DNA of 64,000 nt from a virus: positions 20,414 to 84,413 of the IMG/VR virus record IMGVR_UViG_3300033149_000928; one strand, written 5' to 3'. This document shows, one piece after another, positions 18,576 through 29,106 of this stretch. The translations under genes were made by a program, and so were the position numbers. The notes under the pieces are model-generated. The model worked only from the letters and a program-made list of their open reading frames with translations. It made no database searches and was not told where the DNA came from. Each line of letters opens with the position of its first letter. Position 1 is the first letter of the stretch.

Positions 18576-20356
18576 TTCTGCCCTCCACGCGTTTTATCTT
18601 TAACATCAATATCCATATCTTTATTATTTTGAGTCTTATTCTTCTCGTCATCTGCACTATCAAGTTCAGTATCGAGGTCATTTACTCCTCTTGCGCCTGC
18701 GCCTGCGCTTGCGCCAGCCATTTCTGAGGCTTTTGTCTGTGCAATTACGATACGTGCAGCACGTTCTGCGTGTTCTTCCTTGGCTTTCTCGACCTCGCCC
18801 TTTGGATATCCCTTAGCTTCGGATGCTGTCTCCACAGATAGTAACCCATCCTCAATATCCTGGTGGATCGTATTACTGTCTTGTACTGGAATCTTACTCG
18901 CGTCGATCTCCCTATAAACCTTAGTTAATGTCTCTAATTCCACCTTATCAGAGAGAAGAGTAGTTGCAATTTGCTTCGATATCTCTTTTTTATAGGTCAT
19001 ACTAGCGACATCTCCACGCAAATCTGATAATTTCTCTGATTCCTCTAATCTTTGTTTATCATCTTTCAGAGAATAATTTGATGGATATTTCACTGTAGCT
19101 TGTTTAGTGGCTTTCTCGTACATAGCCCAAAAACCTGCGACTTTCAGTTCGCCATGCTCAAGTTCTTGACCGATATATGATAAACCTGCCTCTAATGACT
19201 GATCTGTAACCGCTAGGGCTTCCCCAACGGTGTTCCGTGGGACTAGATTCTCGACTGCGAGGTTAATTAACTCCTTTATATCGCGTTTTAACTGTTCTTG
19301 CTTCTTCATTGAGATTTCAAGTGGCTCAGAAGAGGGGTGGATATATGACGGACGTTCAGTACCTTTAGGATATTTGCGCCCTCTAGTGGCTCCAGTAACG
19401 ATTTCCTGAGTTTTACTCGTTGCAGCGGCTCCAGCGGTACCTGGGAGGTCAGAAGATGAAGTTACCTCTCCTGTTGCACCTGTTGCTCCTGCATTATTCT
19501 GTCTTAGATGGCCACTAACGATTCTTGGGTCATATTGTTCCGTATAGAACGGGAAATTACTCTTAAAGGAGTAGTTCATATCAGCGGAAGCTAGATTTAG
19601 GAGAGAGACTTGGATATCTGCGACATCCACTAATAAAGATTGGGATAACTCAAAGACCACAAAGGGAATCTTAGGGATATTAAGTTCTGTGGTAGCTGTC
19701 TCTGCCCCTTCTTCATTATAAATAGTTACTAAAACTGTTCCCTCTGGTGTTAAGCGGAAATATCTATATTCCTCTGCCACATCAACAGGTAGAAGTGTGA
19801 TGGGGTCGATAACATTAACGAACTTCCTCAATAATAATGCTGCAAATTCATCTGGCTCGACATCAGTACGCATAGTCCATGAACGGATATCTTCACGACG
19901 GTAAATATATGTGTAAGGGTTCTTCCCTACTTGTTCAAACTGGGATTCCCCGATATCTTTAGGCATATCAACGAAAACACCGACCTTACCCATTGAGATC
20001 AGTTCCGGGAGGACCGTACAGCCAATGAAATTATTCATTGTGCTGTTCTCACGGTCAACACCTTTATCTCTGCCCTCGATGGCATTCATATAGCTCGGAG
20101 TGCCACCTTTACGTGTGATGTCCTGCATACGCTGGAAAATGGAGTTCTTAATCTCATTAAGTGAGGACTTCGCAAAGGAGGGACTATATGAGATATCTTT
20201 CCTATCTTCGTAATCACTTTTGTTTTCCCTAGTAGAGAAATACTTCAAGTACTTATTTAAGAAGGCTTGACCACCAGTATATGTAAGTCTCCACTTCTCC
20301 CATTCTGGGACAAGTATATCATATGCTGGATGTGTGATTGTAGTGATATCAGCCAT
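18572..20356 (-). CDS. Portal protein
   Basis: HPAY....W...R..Y.GG..YL.....E....Y..R N-terminus (DUF4055-like). Follows the terminase. Confidence 0.85.
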   Translation of the reverse strand: MADITTITHPAYDILVPEWEKWRLTYTGGQAFLNKYLKYFSTRENKSDYEDRKDISYSPSFAKSSLNEIKNSIFQRMQDITRKGGTPSYMNAIEGRDKGVDRENSTMNNFIGCTVLPELISMGKVGVFVDMPKDIGESQFEQVGKNPYTYIYRREDIRSWTMRTDVEPDEFAALLLRKFVNVIDPITLLPVDVAEEYRYFRLTPEGTVLVTIYNEEGAETATTELNIPKIPFVVFELSQSLLVDVADIQVSLLNLASADMNYSFKSNFPFYTEQYDPRIVSGHLRQNNAGATGATGEVTSSSDLPGTAGAAATSKTQEIVTGATRGRKYPKGTERPSYIHPSSEPLEISMKKQEQLKRDIKELINLAVENLVPRNTVGEALAVTDQSLEAGLSYIGQELEHGELKVAGFWAMYEKATKQATVKYPSNYSLKDDKQRLEESEKLSDLRGDVASMTYKKEISKQIATTLLSDKVELETLTKVYREIDASKIPVQDSNTIHQDIEDGLLSVETASEAKGYPKGEVEKAKEEHAERAARIVIAQTKASEMAGASAGAGARGVNDLDTELDSADDEKNKTQNNKDMDIDVKDKTRGGQK

Positions 20357-20461
20357 CTTATATTGTCCTTCTGTTTAATAACTTATATTTAGTAACTATG
20401 CTTCTTTTGATTTACTAAATCACAACCTCATTTGACTCACCTGAGCCGCGTAGCGGCTCCC

Positions 20462-22120
20462 TTAGTCAGTAATATCATGGCTCCCAGACATCTCCGCAGC
20501 GAAGTTCAGTGCTAATTCATTATATACACGTGCATGTGCATGGTGGTCAGCATCGGAACCACATACATATTTGGCTGTGGGATTACCATGTTGATTACGC
20601 TCATATATACGTACAGGTGATTTAATATGATCGCGATACTCTATACCCGTGTCTACCGGGAGACTGATAGTGCGGTTGCGGAACCGACTCAGTGCCATAT
20701 CTAACCAGGAAGTCCTATCAACGGTGATGGAATGTTCGATCTCCTGTCCAACCGCGATGGCTTTGCCCTGTATACCTGGACCATAGAAACATATCTTCAC
20801 GTAACCGAGGAAACGTTGCGCGAACTCGAAAGACTTTCGTCTTTCGGGCTGAGCATCAATAACTGCATATTGAATCTGGTAGGCATTCATTAATAGGTCT
20901 AGTTCCTCGAAATTCCTGACCTTACCTTGTTTAAGTATACGCACGTGTGCCTCAATATTAAGGTCAGAGGTCATGCGTGTGGATGGGAAGCCCCATTCAC
21001 CAATCTCATAATGTAACCATGTGCCAACGTCAATACCCATTGTACGCATCTTATGTGTGGCAGGAGCACCGTTCTTATATTCCTTAATGCATTGGTCAAT
21101 CTCAGGATCGGTGACACGTGCGCCATCGACGATGTGGGGTAGACCGAGTTTGGAATTATAGAACTCCTGTTCATCAGCCGCATTGCTCAAGCCATTTATA
21201 TATGACTTAGCCAACATTGCTGGGTGTACTGTCATCGAGTACATTTGGTTAATATAGAAGCCTCTGTTGTCGCTGTCCCTTTTAGTACTATCAGCTTGAG
21301 GTATCCAGTAGCCACCCTGTAGATAATGGACCTTATCTTCATGTGACAATTCACGTTTACACTCTGTACAGATGAGATGTGAGACTTTATAATTTTCCTC
21401 ATTAATAACAATAGACTCAGGATATATTAGCTCAATGGCCTTCGCACAATGTGGACATGGGAAGAAGAAATGTTCTTGTGTGGACTCATTGAAGTATTTG
21501 TTGATACCGGCGTTATTAATACTAGGAGTGGATATACCCCACACCTGCCATATTAATTGTCCTGATGTACGCTCGAAGACTAGGGGTATATGTTCTTGTG
21601 TCATTTCTTCGAGTTCATCAAGTACGATTAGACCTGCTGGCACGGACTTTAACCCAGCGCGGGAGCGACTCCCTCTAATGTATAAGTTCGCTGATCCTGC
21701 TCTCTTATGCCCGACGTTCTTCGTCTCAGTGAATAGTCTTTGGAGATAGGGTGATAGCTCCACCGCAGGATCAAATCTTGCCGCAGAGAAATCGCTTGCA
21801 TCAGGGGTTTTCGCTGGTAGTACATATAAGCAAGACACCCCGTTCACGTCGATCTCAAAGAATACTTTATTAAGGACAGTCTCCGTATATCCCATCTGTG
21901 CGGCTTTTTGTCCCCACACGAAGGTTGTATCGGCATCATGCATAGCCTTGAGCCAAGGATGGTGGAGAAAGGTCCACGCTCCGGGGAATGGCTTACCCAT
22001 GACCCTGTAGTTCTCAGCCCATTGTGAGCATCTCTTAATAGAGCGTCTGTTCAAGCCAGTGGCTAGACGCTCTAAGAAGATGGCTTCTATGCTACTATTT
22101 TTTGGTTCTGTTGCCACCAT
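20462..22120 (-). CDS. Terminase large subunit (lambda GpA-like)
   Basis: KAAQMGYTE Walker A, IVLDELE Walker B, ISTP motif III, CPHC/CTEC Zn sites, MGIDVG nuclease motif. Confidence 0.92.
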   Translation of the reverse strand: MVATEPKNSSIEAIFLERLATGLNRRSIKRCSQWAENYRVMGKPFPGAWTFLHHPWLKAMHDADTTFVWGQKAAQMGYTETVLNKVFFEIDVNGVSCLYVLPAKTPDASDFSAARFDPAVELSPYLQRLFTETKNVGHKRAGSANLYIRGSRSRAGLKSVPAGLIVLDELEEMTQEHIPLVFERTSGQLIWQVWGISTPSINNAGINKYFNESTQEHFFFPCPHCAKAIELIYPESIVINEENYKVSHLICTECKRELSHEDKVHYLQGGYWIPQADSTKRDSDNRGFYINQMYSMTVHPAMLAKSYINGLSNAADEQEFYNSKLGLPHIVDGARVTDPEIDQCIKEYKNGAPATHKMRTMGIDVGTWLHYEIGEWGFPSTRMTSDLNIEAHVRILKQGKVRNFEELDLLMNAYQIQYAVIDAQPERRKSFEFAQRFLGYVKICFYGPGIQGKAIAVGQEIEHSITVDRTSWLDMALSRFRNRTISLPVDTGIEYRDHIKSPVRIYERNQHGNPTAKYVCGSDADHHAHARVYNELALNFAAEMSGSHDITD

Positions 22121-22123
22121 TTC

Positions 22124-22672
22124 CTACTCCGCTACCGTTATCCGAGCCATAGCCGAATTAATTTGCGCCGCTATATTTTTGATACGTTCTTCATCATCCA
22201 CTTCTGCCGTGATGATTTGGATCAATTCGTCAGCAAGTTGGATCGCTTTATTCTTATCTAGGAGTTGTCCGAGATTGATCTCAAGTTTGTGACAACTCGC
22301 GACTAGTTTCTCGATGCTTAACACCAGTCCAGAGATGGCGGTCGAGCGCATCATTAAATCGCCTTCATCATTACAGGCATTAATTTGCGCCTCTAATAAC
22401 ATCCTTAGGACGCCGATCTCTTCACGGAGTCCCTTAATAGCGGGATTAGTTGTGAAGTCTGAGAACCGCTGTTTAAATTTCCGTAGGTTATACATAAACT
22501 TTTGTTTTTCATCTTGTACCTTCATAACTAATGCCCCTGTATGTGCTTCACAGTAGTTTGCCCCTGGGACTGCTTTATACCTGCATTGATTATTATTATG
22601 TATAGCCTGACAGCGCCGAGGGTCGTCATCACGCAATATTAATTGTCTTTCACTGTTGGGGTTCTCTGGCAT
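22124..22672 (-). CDS. Terminase small subunit (putative)
   Basis: N-terminal C-x8-C-x9-C-x2-H Zn motif and helical body, immediately upstream of TerL. Confidence 0.65.
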   Translation of the reverse strand: MPENPNSERQLILRDDDPRRCQAIHNNNQCRYKAVPGANYCEAHTGALVMKVQDEKQKFMYNLRKFKQRFSDFTTNPAIKGLREEIGVLRMLLEAQINACNDEGDLMMRSTAISGLVLSIEKLVASCHKLEINLGQLLDKNKAIQLADELIQIITAEVDDEERIKNIAAQINSAMARITVAE

Positions 22673-22972
22673 ATTAATTATTCTTTGTTTTAGTCTTTAC
22701 TATTGTTGTATACTTCGTCGAAGAGTAAATACTCCACACTTTATTATACGCTAAATCGCAAGAAAAAGCTAGGCTTTATTTATTATTTTATTTCGACGAA
22801 GAGGGTGTCTTTTAGTTGTAATAAACCTTTACCCTCCCAAAAAAATATGAAATTTCTTTGGGTCGAAATTAGAAAACACCCTCTTATTTTTTCGTGTATA
22901 TGGAGGTACTTATTTAACTTTGTTTTATCCACCCCTCCTTCTTTGATTTAGTAAATCAAGATTCTTATGGGT

Positions 22973-23072
22973 GGGTATAGGGTATAGGGTATAGGGTATA
23001 GGGTATAGGGTATAGGGTATAGGGTATAGGGTATAGGGTATTGGTATAGGGTATAGGGTATAGGGTATTGGT
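22973..23072 (+). repeat. Tandem heptamer (GGGTATA)n, ~14 copies with two TGGTATA/GGGTATT variants
   Basis: Directly visible in the sequence. Confidence 0.95.
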
Positions 23073-23254
23073 CCTTGAGTCACTTGGACTGAGGGTTTTA
23101 GGTGCTTGTTAGTAATTGTTGGCTAAAAATACAGGAGTGTGGGATAGTGGTGGGGAGTGGGGGGGTTGTTCTAAGGTCATGCCGAGATTTCTTCCGATTT
23201 AACCCTCCCACCGGGCAAAGCTGTCAAGCCTCCCGGTGGGGTCGCGTCTTGAGC

Positions 23255-23539
23255 CTAGCAACCCGGCAAGCTGCGGCGTATCAACCGCTGAAGATTGTAC
23301 GCTTCTCCGAGTGTGATCTTGTCACGCGCAAAAGCTTCATCCAACAATTCGACAAGGGCTTCCCTCATTCTGTCCGTGTGCTCCTGGCCCTTGCCGTGCG
23401 TCTGTTTGGCTTGTGCTTCGATAAACTTGTGAAAGGTGAGAGAGTAATCGGGGCGGGTCGGGGTTGAAATGGCGGCAATGTTCTTTGCGGCTATTCTCTC
23501 GGCTATTGACAGTCGTGGTCCGTGGTAAGTGAAAATCAT
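23255..23539 (-). CDS. Hypothetical protein
   Basis: GGAACGAG RBS-like sequence and ATG, in the GC-rich segment. Confidence 0.5.
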   Translation of the reverse strand: MIFTYHGPRLSIAERIAAKNIAAISTPTRPDYSLTFHKFIEAQAKQTHGKGQEHTDRMREALVELLDEAFARDKITLGEAYNLQRLIRRSLPGC

Positions 23540-23586
23540 TTCTCGTTCCTCCGGTCAACGGGTTTGATTTAGTAAGTCAAAACAAT

Positions 23587-23623
23587 CCCCTTGCATCCAT
23601 ACAATTTGTATAGATGCAAGGGG
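23587..23623 (-). terminator. Hairpin downstream of the ParB-domain gene
   Basis: CCCCTTGCATC-CATACAA-T-TTGTATA-GATGCAAGGGG, followed on the minus strand by ATTGTTTT. Confidence 0.6.
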
Positions 23624-23637
23624 CAAGGGTCAAGTGT

Positions 23638-24588
23638 TTACTGACGGCTCGCGCAAGTCGCATCAAGCTCGGCAAGCTCGGCCAAGGCGTCCCGTTCCTC
23701 TTCTCCTTCCCCTGGCTTATCGAACAAGGCTCCGAGAGCCTTGAAAACGTCGCTACTGAAAGTCAGCTTCCGATCAGCGATAAGCTTCCCGGTCAATTTG
23801 TTCGGGGCTTTCTGCTCGGCGGGGTCGGCTTTCTCTTCGACCGCTTTGACATGGGCCGAGAAGATTGCTTCGACCTCTTCGGGGGTCTTGGCGTTGCTCA
23901 TTTTGCTGACAACGTCGTTGGGATACATCTTGGCCTTGCGTGTTCCGGCGTTGCGTTCGTCGTATACACCCTCTTGATGCTTGGTGGGTAGCTTGGCAAT
24001 TTTGGCAACGGCTTGCAATGCGCCGCGAGATGCTTTCTGCGCTTCCTGAACGCTGTCGGCATTTTTGCTCGCGGGGGAAATGCGGTGGAGAATTTCCCTT
24101 GACCGTGACCACAAGAAGCTGACCACTGTGTGGTCGGTCAAGCCCAAATCGGTCATAATGCCGACTAAGGCGCGGGTGATATCTCCGAGTCCCTTCTCCA
24201 CGATACCAGTGCCGGTATCGTTCAAGGCAAGGAGCATCGCTCCGGCATTGTCGCCAGTGTAAACAAGGCATGGCACCTTGCTTTCGCCATCGACATACTG
24301 CAAGCGCCGATTGCCTTGGATGGTCTTACCATCGGGGAAGATCACAGCCGGAAATTGTGGGTTCCAGCCGGTCGCCATGCTGTCGGACAAGGCGGCATCC
24401 CCGAAGGCATCAGGGGTGAGGGTGCGGGGGTTGTCGTCCCAGATTGAAAGCGTGTTGGCTTTCCGGTATTCGATCTTTTGACCGTTGACCGTGGGGATGG
24501 CTGAGGCCGCTTTCTCCCCTGCTTCCTGCTTCTCGGCTTCACGCTTCTCGGCTGCGGCTTTCTTCTCTTCATCAGACATTTTCGCCAT
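23638..24588 (-). CDS. ParB/Srx N-terminal-domain protein
   Basis: WDDNPRT...LSDSM..GW...PAVIF.DG..IQGNRRL. Start trimmed to MAKMSDEE after GGAG. Confidence 0.65.
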   Translation of the reverse strand: MAKMSDEEKKAAAEKREAEKQEAGEKAASAIPTVNGQKIEYRKANTLSIWDDNPRTLTPDAFGDAALSDSMATGWNPQFPAVIFPDGKTIQGNRRLQYVDGESKVPCLVYTGDNAGAMLLALNDTGTGIVEKGLGDITRALVGIMTDLGLTDHTVVSFLWSRSREILHRISPASKNADSVQEAQKASRGALQAVAKIAKLPTKHQEGVYDERNAGTRKAKMYPNDVVSKMSNAKTPEEVEAIFSAHVKAVEEKADPAEQKAPNKLTGKLIADRKLTFSSDVFKALGALFDKPGEGEEERDALAELAELDATCASRQ

Positions 24589-24930
24589 GATATCGGTTCT
24601 CCATTTCGGGTTTGTGGTCCTTGTGCCGTCCATACGGCGCAAGGATGTAGCGTTCTCTATGCTATAGGCTTTTCCTCCGTCTGCGAGTCTTTGATTTGAT
24701 AAATCAAAATTTGCTCTTGCTTGCGGGTCAAGGTGGTCAACATATCGGGCATTCTCCCAACATAGGACAAGGCTACAAGCCGTATCACTATTTTTGATTT
24801 GATTTTCTTGATTTGATTTTTGGTTTTGGTTTTGGTTTTGCTTTTGGTTTTGGTTCATGGTTTTATCCTTTCAAGACACTATAATAGAAGCATATCCCAT
24901 GCCAGACTCTAGGAATTTTGTGCATTATTG

Positions 24931-26282
24931 TTACTCGTTGATATGTATAGACTTACCGGATCGACTATGCCTATTTCTTGTAAGTCCCTTAAAAGTCCCG
25001 ATACTACAAGATATCTTGTAAGTCCTTATGTGACAACGACTTATGAGTGCAACATTTCATTACCTTTGTGGGATTTCCCCACAGTCTCGATTTTTACTTC
25101 TAACCTGTTGATATATAAGGCTTTACCGAGTCTTAAAATCCGACATTGATTCTTGATTTCCTACACTTTTTGTGTAACGATATGTTAAGTCTATATATGA
25201 TAAAAGGTTATGGGGTATGGGTCGCTCAGAATACTATCATATGCTATCATGCCTGATATGGGCTTATATAATGTATTAAAGCAAGTATTGTTCCAGTTTT
25301 GATAATTTCCGATATTAGTTGACCTTATTTTTGATTTTGGTTTATGATTTGATAAACCAAAACCAAGTGTCGGATTTTCCTACGGCACTTTCTGCCGCAT
25401 CATTTTGACACGGCAATTTCTGCCGCTGTAACAAAAGCTTACTTTTGTAACATATTTTTGCGTTTTGTAACAAAAGTTTACTTTTCGACCGATTTTCGTA
25501 TATCCTAGTTTATGCCGGACCCGGTTCGTGATAGATATTCCGGGAAAATTATTGATTTAATAAATCATTTTCACTTTTACAGGGCGGGTTTCATGTTTTC
25601 GGACATCGAACTCTGATAGCGGATAATTCATTTGGACACTTTAATTTTGGTACATTATTCTCTGAGTATTGGTCATGGATGTGGAATATGGATATTTGGG
25701 TGAATTGTAGGTTATTTGGGTGTGGATTATAGGGTGTTTAAAGATGATTTTCACGCATCGGATCTCGGCCAGACAAAACAACAAGACTATGGTTTTCGGT
25801 TTCGGTTCTCGATTGATGGTTTACACGTTTTCGTGTAAGAGACAGAATCGAGGTTATGGGTTTCTCAGACCCCATATCCCTTTACGTAGCAACAACTTAC
25901 TACTTTCCTATATCCCGTAAGTTTTATGTAAGTCTTGATTTCCTACACATAATTAATTTCACTCAGATTATTACATAACCTGTAAAGTCCTAATAGAGCT
26001 ACAAAGCCCTCCACATGTAAAAGCCTTTACACGAAAAGCTGATATTTTCACTCCTTATCTTTTGTTTAGCTTATCGACGAAATAAAAGTACTTATGAGAG
26101 TATATGAGAGTATATGAGAAAGTGTAGGATTCCACCACACTTCTCGTAAGTCGTTGATATGTATATATATATATGTACCTAAAAACGTGTATTTAATATA
26201 AGTCGTTTTCACAAATGCCTTTACCGAATCCCCATTACGTTTTCCTCAGTTTAGACGCAAGCCTTTTGAGGTCAAGGACTTA
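24931..26282. repeat. Cluster of 25-bp imperfect inverted repeats, consensus TAAGTC-N13-GACTTA
   Basis: Copies at 24931, 25019, 25101, 25186, 25875, 26147, 26199 and 26258. Confidence 0.7.
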
Positions 26283-26764
26283 CTACTTCTACTTACTGAC
26301 TGTTTTCTGAGTCACCCATATGGAACAATTATATAATATCTTTTATATGGGGTTAACTGAAAACCATCCAGTTAGTAAGCCCCCGATCCACGGCTCTCGA
26401 CCCCTCTAAGCCTACCCACCAGCAAAGTGCTGAGCATGGGTATACTCCATCCTAAGCCGCTTTGTCAACTTTCCGGGGGCATTGGACCTTGAGCCAAGGC
26501 AAGCCCTTAGAATCGACGACTAACTTAGTCGTAAAGCAAAACGTAAAGAAATGAAAAGAGTAAAAGCACCTGACAGAAAGAGTAAAGCAATGGTAACGAT
26601 ACATTACACACTGAGAAAGGTAAAGGGAAAGGTAAGGTAATGTTACATAGTAACGTATCGTTACACTAAGGGACCAAATAAAATAGCCCAGGAACATATG
26701 TCCCTGGACCACTAGCCAATACCATATTAATTTTAGCCACAATCACAACTCTTGATTTACTAAA

Positions 26765-26962
26765 TCACGTAACCACTGTCACATTCATATAGGATAATAC
26801 ACACCCATCAATAACATCTCGGTCTGAACCACTAATCTGTGGTGTAGTAGATAATATACGATGGACCTCGGCTAAGGCAACATCAGAGAGGGCTGCTGGA
26901 ACACGTACATCAGTACCACTAACCTTAACTACATTAATATTAACAGTAAGAGCAACATTCAC
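26765..26962 (-). CDS. Hypothetical protein
   Basis: GGAGG RBS, part of the tandem small-gene array. Confidence 0.55.
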   Translation of the reverse strand: MNVALTVNINVVKVSGTDVRVPAALSDVALAEVHRILSTTPQISGSDRDVIDGCVLSYMNVTVVT

Positions 26963-26974
26963 GGCTACGCCTCC

Positions 26975-27187
26975 TTAACTAGTAACCTTACCCAACGTCC
27001 CAGACACACGGTCCACGACTATTTGAGCACAAGCCTTACAAACAGGTAGTCCAGTCCCATCTAACAAGTAATGCACCGCATGACCAATACTCTCATAGCA
27101 AGGTAAAGAAGTGACATCCTTCCCACATACAGACAAATTACCTTCTGACCAGATATCACGTATACACAAAGAGGGCTGTTTCATCAA
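26975..27187 (-). CDS. Hypothetical Cys-rich protein
   Basis: ORF track, GGAGG RBS. Confidence 0.55.
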   Translation of the reverse strand: MMKQPSLCIRDIWSEGNLSVCGKDVTSLPCYESIGHAVHYLLDGTGLPVCKACAQIVVDRVSGTLGKVTS

Positions 27188-27208
27188 TCATCCTCCGGCT
27201 GCGCCACC

Positions 27209-27421
27209 CTAACGACCCAATGTCCCACCCAACGTATTCTCCACTTGCGTCAATGCCTTATCGAGATCACTTACAGGCATGGCGTCAACAATGGCATCAA
27301 GGTCCAGACTAAGCTGACCACCAGAATACACACGCTTGAAACGGAACTGCTGACCCTCAGTACAAGTAGTTAAACCCTCTTTAATAGTCTGCCTAGCAAA
27401 CGCCTCAATAGTTTTATTCAT
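27209..27421 (-). CDS. Hypothetical protein
   Basis: ORF track, GGAGG RBS. Confidence 0.6.
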   Translation of the reverse strand: MNKTIEAFARQTIKEGLTTCTEGQQFRFKRVYSGGQLSLDLDAIVDAMPVSDLDKALTQVENTLGGTLGR

Positions 27422-27623
27422 GGGCTACGCCCTCCGGCTGAACTGTTAAATGTATCCTATGCTTTACCTCACATTTCGAGCATAAATGTATTGTCCCACA
27501 TTCACAATCATGTCCATCCCAATAACAAGGATACTTACTACCACACTCTGGACATGTGAACCAAGAATTATAATGCCAGAAAGTAGGACATTTAAATAGA
27601 TAATGGAATAGCTTCTTAATCAT
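27414..27623 (-). CDS. Hypothetical Zn-finger protein
   Basis: CPEC, CEC and CSKC motifs. Confidence 0.55.
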   Translation of the reverse strand: MIKKLFHYLFKCPTFWHYNSWFTCPECGSKYPCYWDGHDCECGTIHLCSKCEVKHRIHLTVQPEGVAHE

Positions 27624-27696
27624 ACCGTCCCTCCATCATAAACCTCAACCCGTTCACTACTACACTTAGGGCATATGTCTGGAAGCAGCCTCATTA

Positions 27697-28149
27697 TTAT
27701 CCCGATACCCACCCAATAGCCTGTCCTATTTCCGCTAGGGTAAGGTCCAAAGGATCACCACTGTCACAACCGGAACCATCGACCTCGGCTCCAGGACAAA
27801 GGCGATTAAGCAAAGAATGAATAGCCTTTTGCCACCGTCCCTGCTCCTTAGCCACTGGACCTTCATCCTCACCCATTTGATTTAGTAAATCAGAGAGTGT
27901 AATACGTAAAGCCCAATAATCTTCACGTTTAATCCATTCTCCAATACGAATACTTGATCCACTATCATCCTCAACCTCAACAAAATGTGGAGAATTATTA
28001 TCTGGTGGACCATCGAAAATTATATTAATGGCCTGTGGAGGAGTAGAGGCAAAAATAGTAAGAGGAGCAGGTTGATTACTAGACATAGGCTCAATAGTCC
28101 TATCCTTCATACATACATACTCTAAAGTAAGTATACGTCCCAGCCTCAC
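27697..28149 (-). CDS. Hypothetical protein
   Basis: ORF track, start uncertain. Confidence 0.55.
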   Translation of the reverse strand: MRLGRILTLEYVCMKDRTIEPMSSNQPAPLTIFASTPPQAINIIFDGPPDNNSPHFVEVEDDSGSSIRIGEWIKREDYWALRITLSDLLNQMGEDEGPVAKEQGRWQKAIHSLLNRLCPGAEVDGSGCDSGDPLDLTLAEIGQAIGWVSG

Positions 28150-28282
28150 CCTCTATAGACATCTCAATATCTTCATCCCGCATAGCGAGATTCAATTCCC
28201 TACCCTCCTTAGTCCGAAGAGTAAGGCCACGATAGACTTCCTCCAAAACGATACAGCCAAGCTCATTAACGTCAATCTTCAT
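28100..28282 (-). CDS. Hypothetical protein
   Basis: AAGGAG RBS. Confidence 0.55.
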   Translation of the reverse strand: MKIDVNELGCIVLEEVYRGLTLRTKEGRELNLAMRDEDIEMSIEGEAGTYTYFRVCMYEG

Positions 28283-28292
28283 AAGTACTCCT

Positions 28293-28529
28293 TCAACACC
28301 GATAATGTATTGGATCGCGTAAATCTAAACCACAAGCCTTACAAGAATCATCCTGTGGGCTACCTTCCTTAGCCACATGAATATGTCCGAAGGTCTTTCT
28401 TAGACTTGCTATTTCAAGACCCATATTATCATTTGCCCTTGGACTATACTCTTTAATCAAACCCTCAATCCAATCTTGAGACTCTGTTATTTTATCCACT
28501 ATGACCTTCCCTCCAGTCCCTAAGTACAC
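28293..28529 (-). CDS. Hypothetical protein
   Basis: ORF track, C-terminal CKAC..H motif. Confidence 0.5.
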   Translation of the reverse strand: MYLGTGGKVIVDKITESQDWIEGLIKEYSPRANDNMGLEIASLRKTFGHIHVAKEGSPQDDSCKACGLDLRDPIHYRC

Positions 28530-28815
28530 TCTCCAAACCCGTATGAACCCTATCCACCATATTCCAACTCCGTTTCCATCGTGCCTCAGCTAGAAGATTA
28601 ACACTCTTCTCTATAGTGCTAATTAGCTTCGAGGTCAGTTGTCTTTGAGTGATAGTACCCCAAATCTCCTCACTTACCTTTGTAGTCGTTTGATGATCTA
28701 TTGGATTTTGATTTGCTGAATCATTATCCTGTAGCCCCATACTACTACGAACAGCCTTATTACAACAAGGCTGAGGTCCAGTGAATCCATGTTCATTACA
28801 ATGCCACATACTCAT
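28492..28815 (-). CDS. Hypothetical protein
   Basis: ORF track, coupled start/stop. Confidence 0.55.
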   Translation of the reverse strand: MSMWHCNEHGFTGPQPCCNKAVRSSMGLQDNDSANQNPIDHQTTTKVSEEIWGTITQRQLTSKLISTIEKSVNLLAEARWKRSWNMVDRVHTGLESVLRDWREGHSG

Positions 28816-29105
28816 ATGTCTAATCCTCTCTTCTTTAGTCGAGCAGCTAAAGCTGCACCGCTAGGAATATCTATCCCAGGATTCATTTTACGTATCGCAC
28901 GTAGAGAAACATTAGCCTTAGCCCTCTCCCTCTCCCTATACTCTTCAGTTACCCTCGCAGACTCAATACGCTCAGCCTCAGTCGGAGTACCATTATTCTC
29001 ATAAGCACGACACTGGGGATCACAAGTCCCAAGAGAAGGATGGCAATTTACTGGGATTGATTCCTTTGTATTGAACCACTTACAACTTCTCTCGCCCCAT
29101 GACAT
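28812..29105 (-). CDS. Hypothetical protein
   Basis: ORF track, GGAGG RBS. Confidence 0.55.
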   Translation of the reverse strand: MSWGERSCKWFNTKESIPVNCHPSLGTCDPQCRAYENNGTPTEAERIESARVTEEYRERERAKANVSLRAIRKMNPGIDIPSGAALAARLKKRGLDI

Positions 29106-29106
29106 C

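Noticed and set aside
24589-24858. Gln/Asn-rich N-terminal extension of the 406-aa ORF
   Set aside because: It derives from TTTTG(G/A) hexamer and half-site repeats. A better RBS and start lie at 24588.
24928-26742. Short ORFs in the large intergenic region
   Set aside because: Atypical composition, no RBS, and they overlap the repeat motifs. Treated as non-coding.
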